A DNA stretch of 55,191 nucleotides from Dehalococcoidales bacterium (GTDB lineage Bacteria > Chloroflexota > Dehalococcoidia > Dehalococcoidales > UBA5760), in the NCBI GenBank assembly GCA_021161775.1, contig JAGGZY010000016.1:1-55191 (forward strand), written 5' to 3'. The first letter of the stretch is position 1. Each line of letters starts with the position of its first letter. The position numbers and the translations under genes were made by a program. Below are positions 54,210 through 55,191 of the stretch, in pieces. Under the pieces are notes generated by a model. It saw nothing but the letters and a program-made list of their open reading frames with translations. It ran no database searches and had not been told where the DNA came from.

Positions 54210-55191
54210 ATGAATAAGAAAAAGTTTTCCAAAATACTGGGGGTAGCCGTAACCGCTGTGGTGACGATGAGTATGGTTTTTGCGGCAATCCCGGTGCAAG
54301 CTGCCGAAGAGGCATGGAGCCTCTACACCCTACCGGCTACTGGGGCGGCTGGCGACTACTTTATGGACAATAACATAGCTGGTTTGGGTCCGGTGGCTAA
54401 GGCTATCGACGACACCCTGTATATGTATGTCGCTGGTGTAGGTTACAATGACCTGTTTAAGTCCACCGATGGTGGCCGCACCTGGGAAGACACCGACTGG
54501 GCGCTGGACGCTGATGTTACGCCGGCGGCGATTGTGGATATCGCCTGCTCCCCGACGGATGCCGATACCCTGTATGTGGCTACAGCGGCTAATGTGTATA
54601 AGACCGATGATGCCGCTGGCGATTGGACTGAGCTAGGTCCTGGTATCGCGGTAGGCGCTGGTTGTATTCAGGATGGTGGTACTGGTAGTGGTAATATCGG
54701 TGATGTTGTTGCATCTCACCCGATTACCTCCATTGCTGTTGGGGTTAGTGGTGGGGTGAACTATGTGTATGCTGCCGTTACGACTGCTGGTGCCTATGAC
54801 GGTGAGGTCTGGTATATCAAGGATGCCCCCTGGGCAAGGATATGGACTGACCTGGATATTGCGTCTGGTCCGGTTCACGGGGCTAACACAAGCTTTGATG
54901 TGCTGACAGTAAACTGCTCGCCGTTCTTTAACGACGACACTCAGGTGGATGTGGTGGTTACTGATAATAATCCCTACACCGCGGTGCTGGACAACCTTGG
55001 TGGCACCCGAACCTGGAGTCTGGTTGCCGAGCTTAAGACAGGCGATGTTGCTGCTTTTGAGGCAACCAAGTCATCGGACATTCAGTATGTAGATGACTTT
55101 GACGAGCAATACGAGATGTTCGTTGGTGTTAACAATGTAACTGTGGCTGGCGCTGGTGATGTCTTCCGTGTCTGCGGGGTCGCCTGTGTTC
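54210..55191 (+). CDS. Secreted BNR/Asp-box repeat surface protein, N-terminal part (open to the right edge)
   Basis: Not in the ORF track because it is open-ended. The N-terminus MNKKKFSKILGVAVTAVVTMSMVFAAIPVQAAEE is a signal peptide. It is followed by FKSTDGGRTWED (SxDxGxTW Asp-box) and YKTDDAAGDWTE. The frame stays open for 327 codons to the window end. Confidence 0.75.
   Translation, partial: MNKKKFSKILGVAVTAVVTMSMVFAAIPVQAAEEAWSLYTLPATGAAGDYFMDNNIAGLGPVAKAIDDTLYMYVAGVGYNDLFKSTDGGRTWEDTDWALDADVTPAAIVDIACSPTDADTLYVATAANVYKTDDAAGDWTELGPGIAVGAGCIQDGGTGSGNIGDVVASHPITSIAVGVSGGVNYVYAAVTTAGAYDGEVWYIKDAPWARIWTDLDIASGPVHGANTSFDVLTVNCSPFFNDDTQVDVVVTDNNPYTAVLDNLGGTRTWSLVAELKTGDVAAFEATKSSDIQYVDDFDEQYEMFVGVNNVTVAGAGDVFRVCGVACV

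Overview
This is a 55.2-kb bacterial chromosomal window with no rRNA genes and no CRISPR array. All calls come from reading the sequence and the ORF track; I ran no database search and computed no GC or codon statistics.

Most of the window is a housekeeping backbone:
- dnaG, dgt, ppsA
- rimM, a KH-domain gene, rpsP
- nfi
- prfB with its programmed +1 frameshift
- serS, lysS, recO, trmO, recR, ybaB, dnaX
- gap, eno
- proB, proA, rph, pncC

The taxon cannot be established from the sequence. An anaerobic Chloroflexota or Dehalococcoidia-like origin is only a guess.

Accessory or unusual regions:
1. About 10.3-22.3 kb is an island-like block. It starts at tRNA-Ser(UGA) and a truncated tyrosine integrase. 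It contains a tightly packed 8-gene minus-strand operon:
   - three KaiC/RecA-like ATPases, one fused to a receiver domain
   - a PAS-PAS-GAF-PAS hybrid histidine kinase
   - a stand-alone receiver
   - a TreT-type trehalose synthase with a TrmB-like wHTH
   - a cellulose-synthase-like processive GT2
   Gene debris follows the operon.
2. 22.4-26.2 kb is a Fur/PerR-headed thiol-redox and metal operon. It holds trxB, a CooT-like gene, a glutaredoxin-like gene, an orphan groES, a DUF59 gene and a HesB-thioredoxin fusion.
3. 26.7-30.5 kb holds a convergent Pat-type acetyltransferase and HDAC-type deacetylase pair.
4. 30.8-31.6 kb holds a methyltransferase gene flanked by an ~88-bp duplication of the serS 3' end.
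5. 38.4-43.1 kb is a locus with two full-length and one truncated tubulin/FtsZ-superfamily GTPase. They surround two helical repeat proteins, one built from 12 exact-register 25-residue repeats.
6. 47.4-49.7 kb is a small islet wedged between proB and proA. It carries a DNA methyltransferase fused to an Mrr-like nuclease domain.
7. At the right edge is a strongly promoted, secreted BNR/Asp-box surface protein.

The two best candidates for an undescribed system are the tubulin-like plus repeat-protein locus and the KaiC-like/phosphorelay/TreT/GT2 operon.
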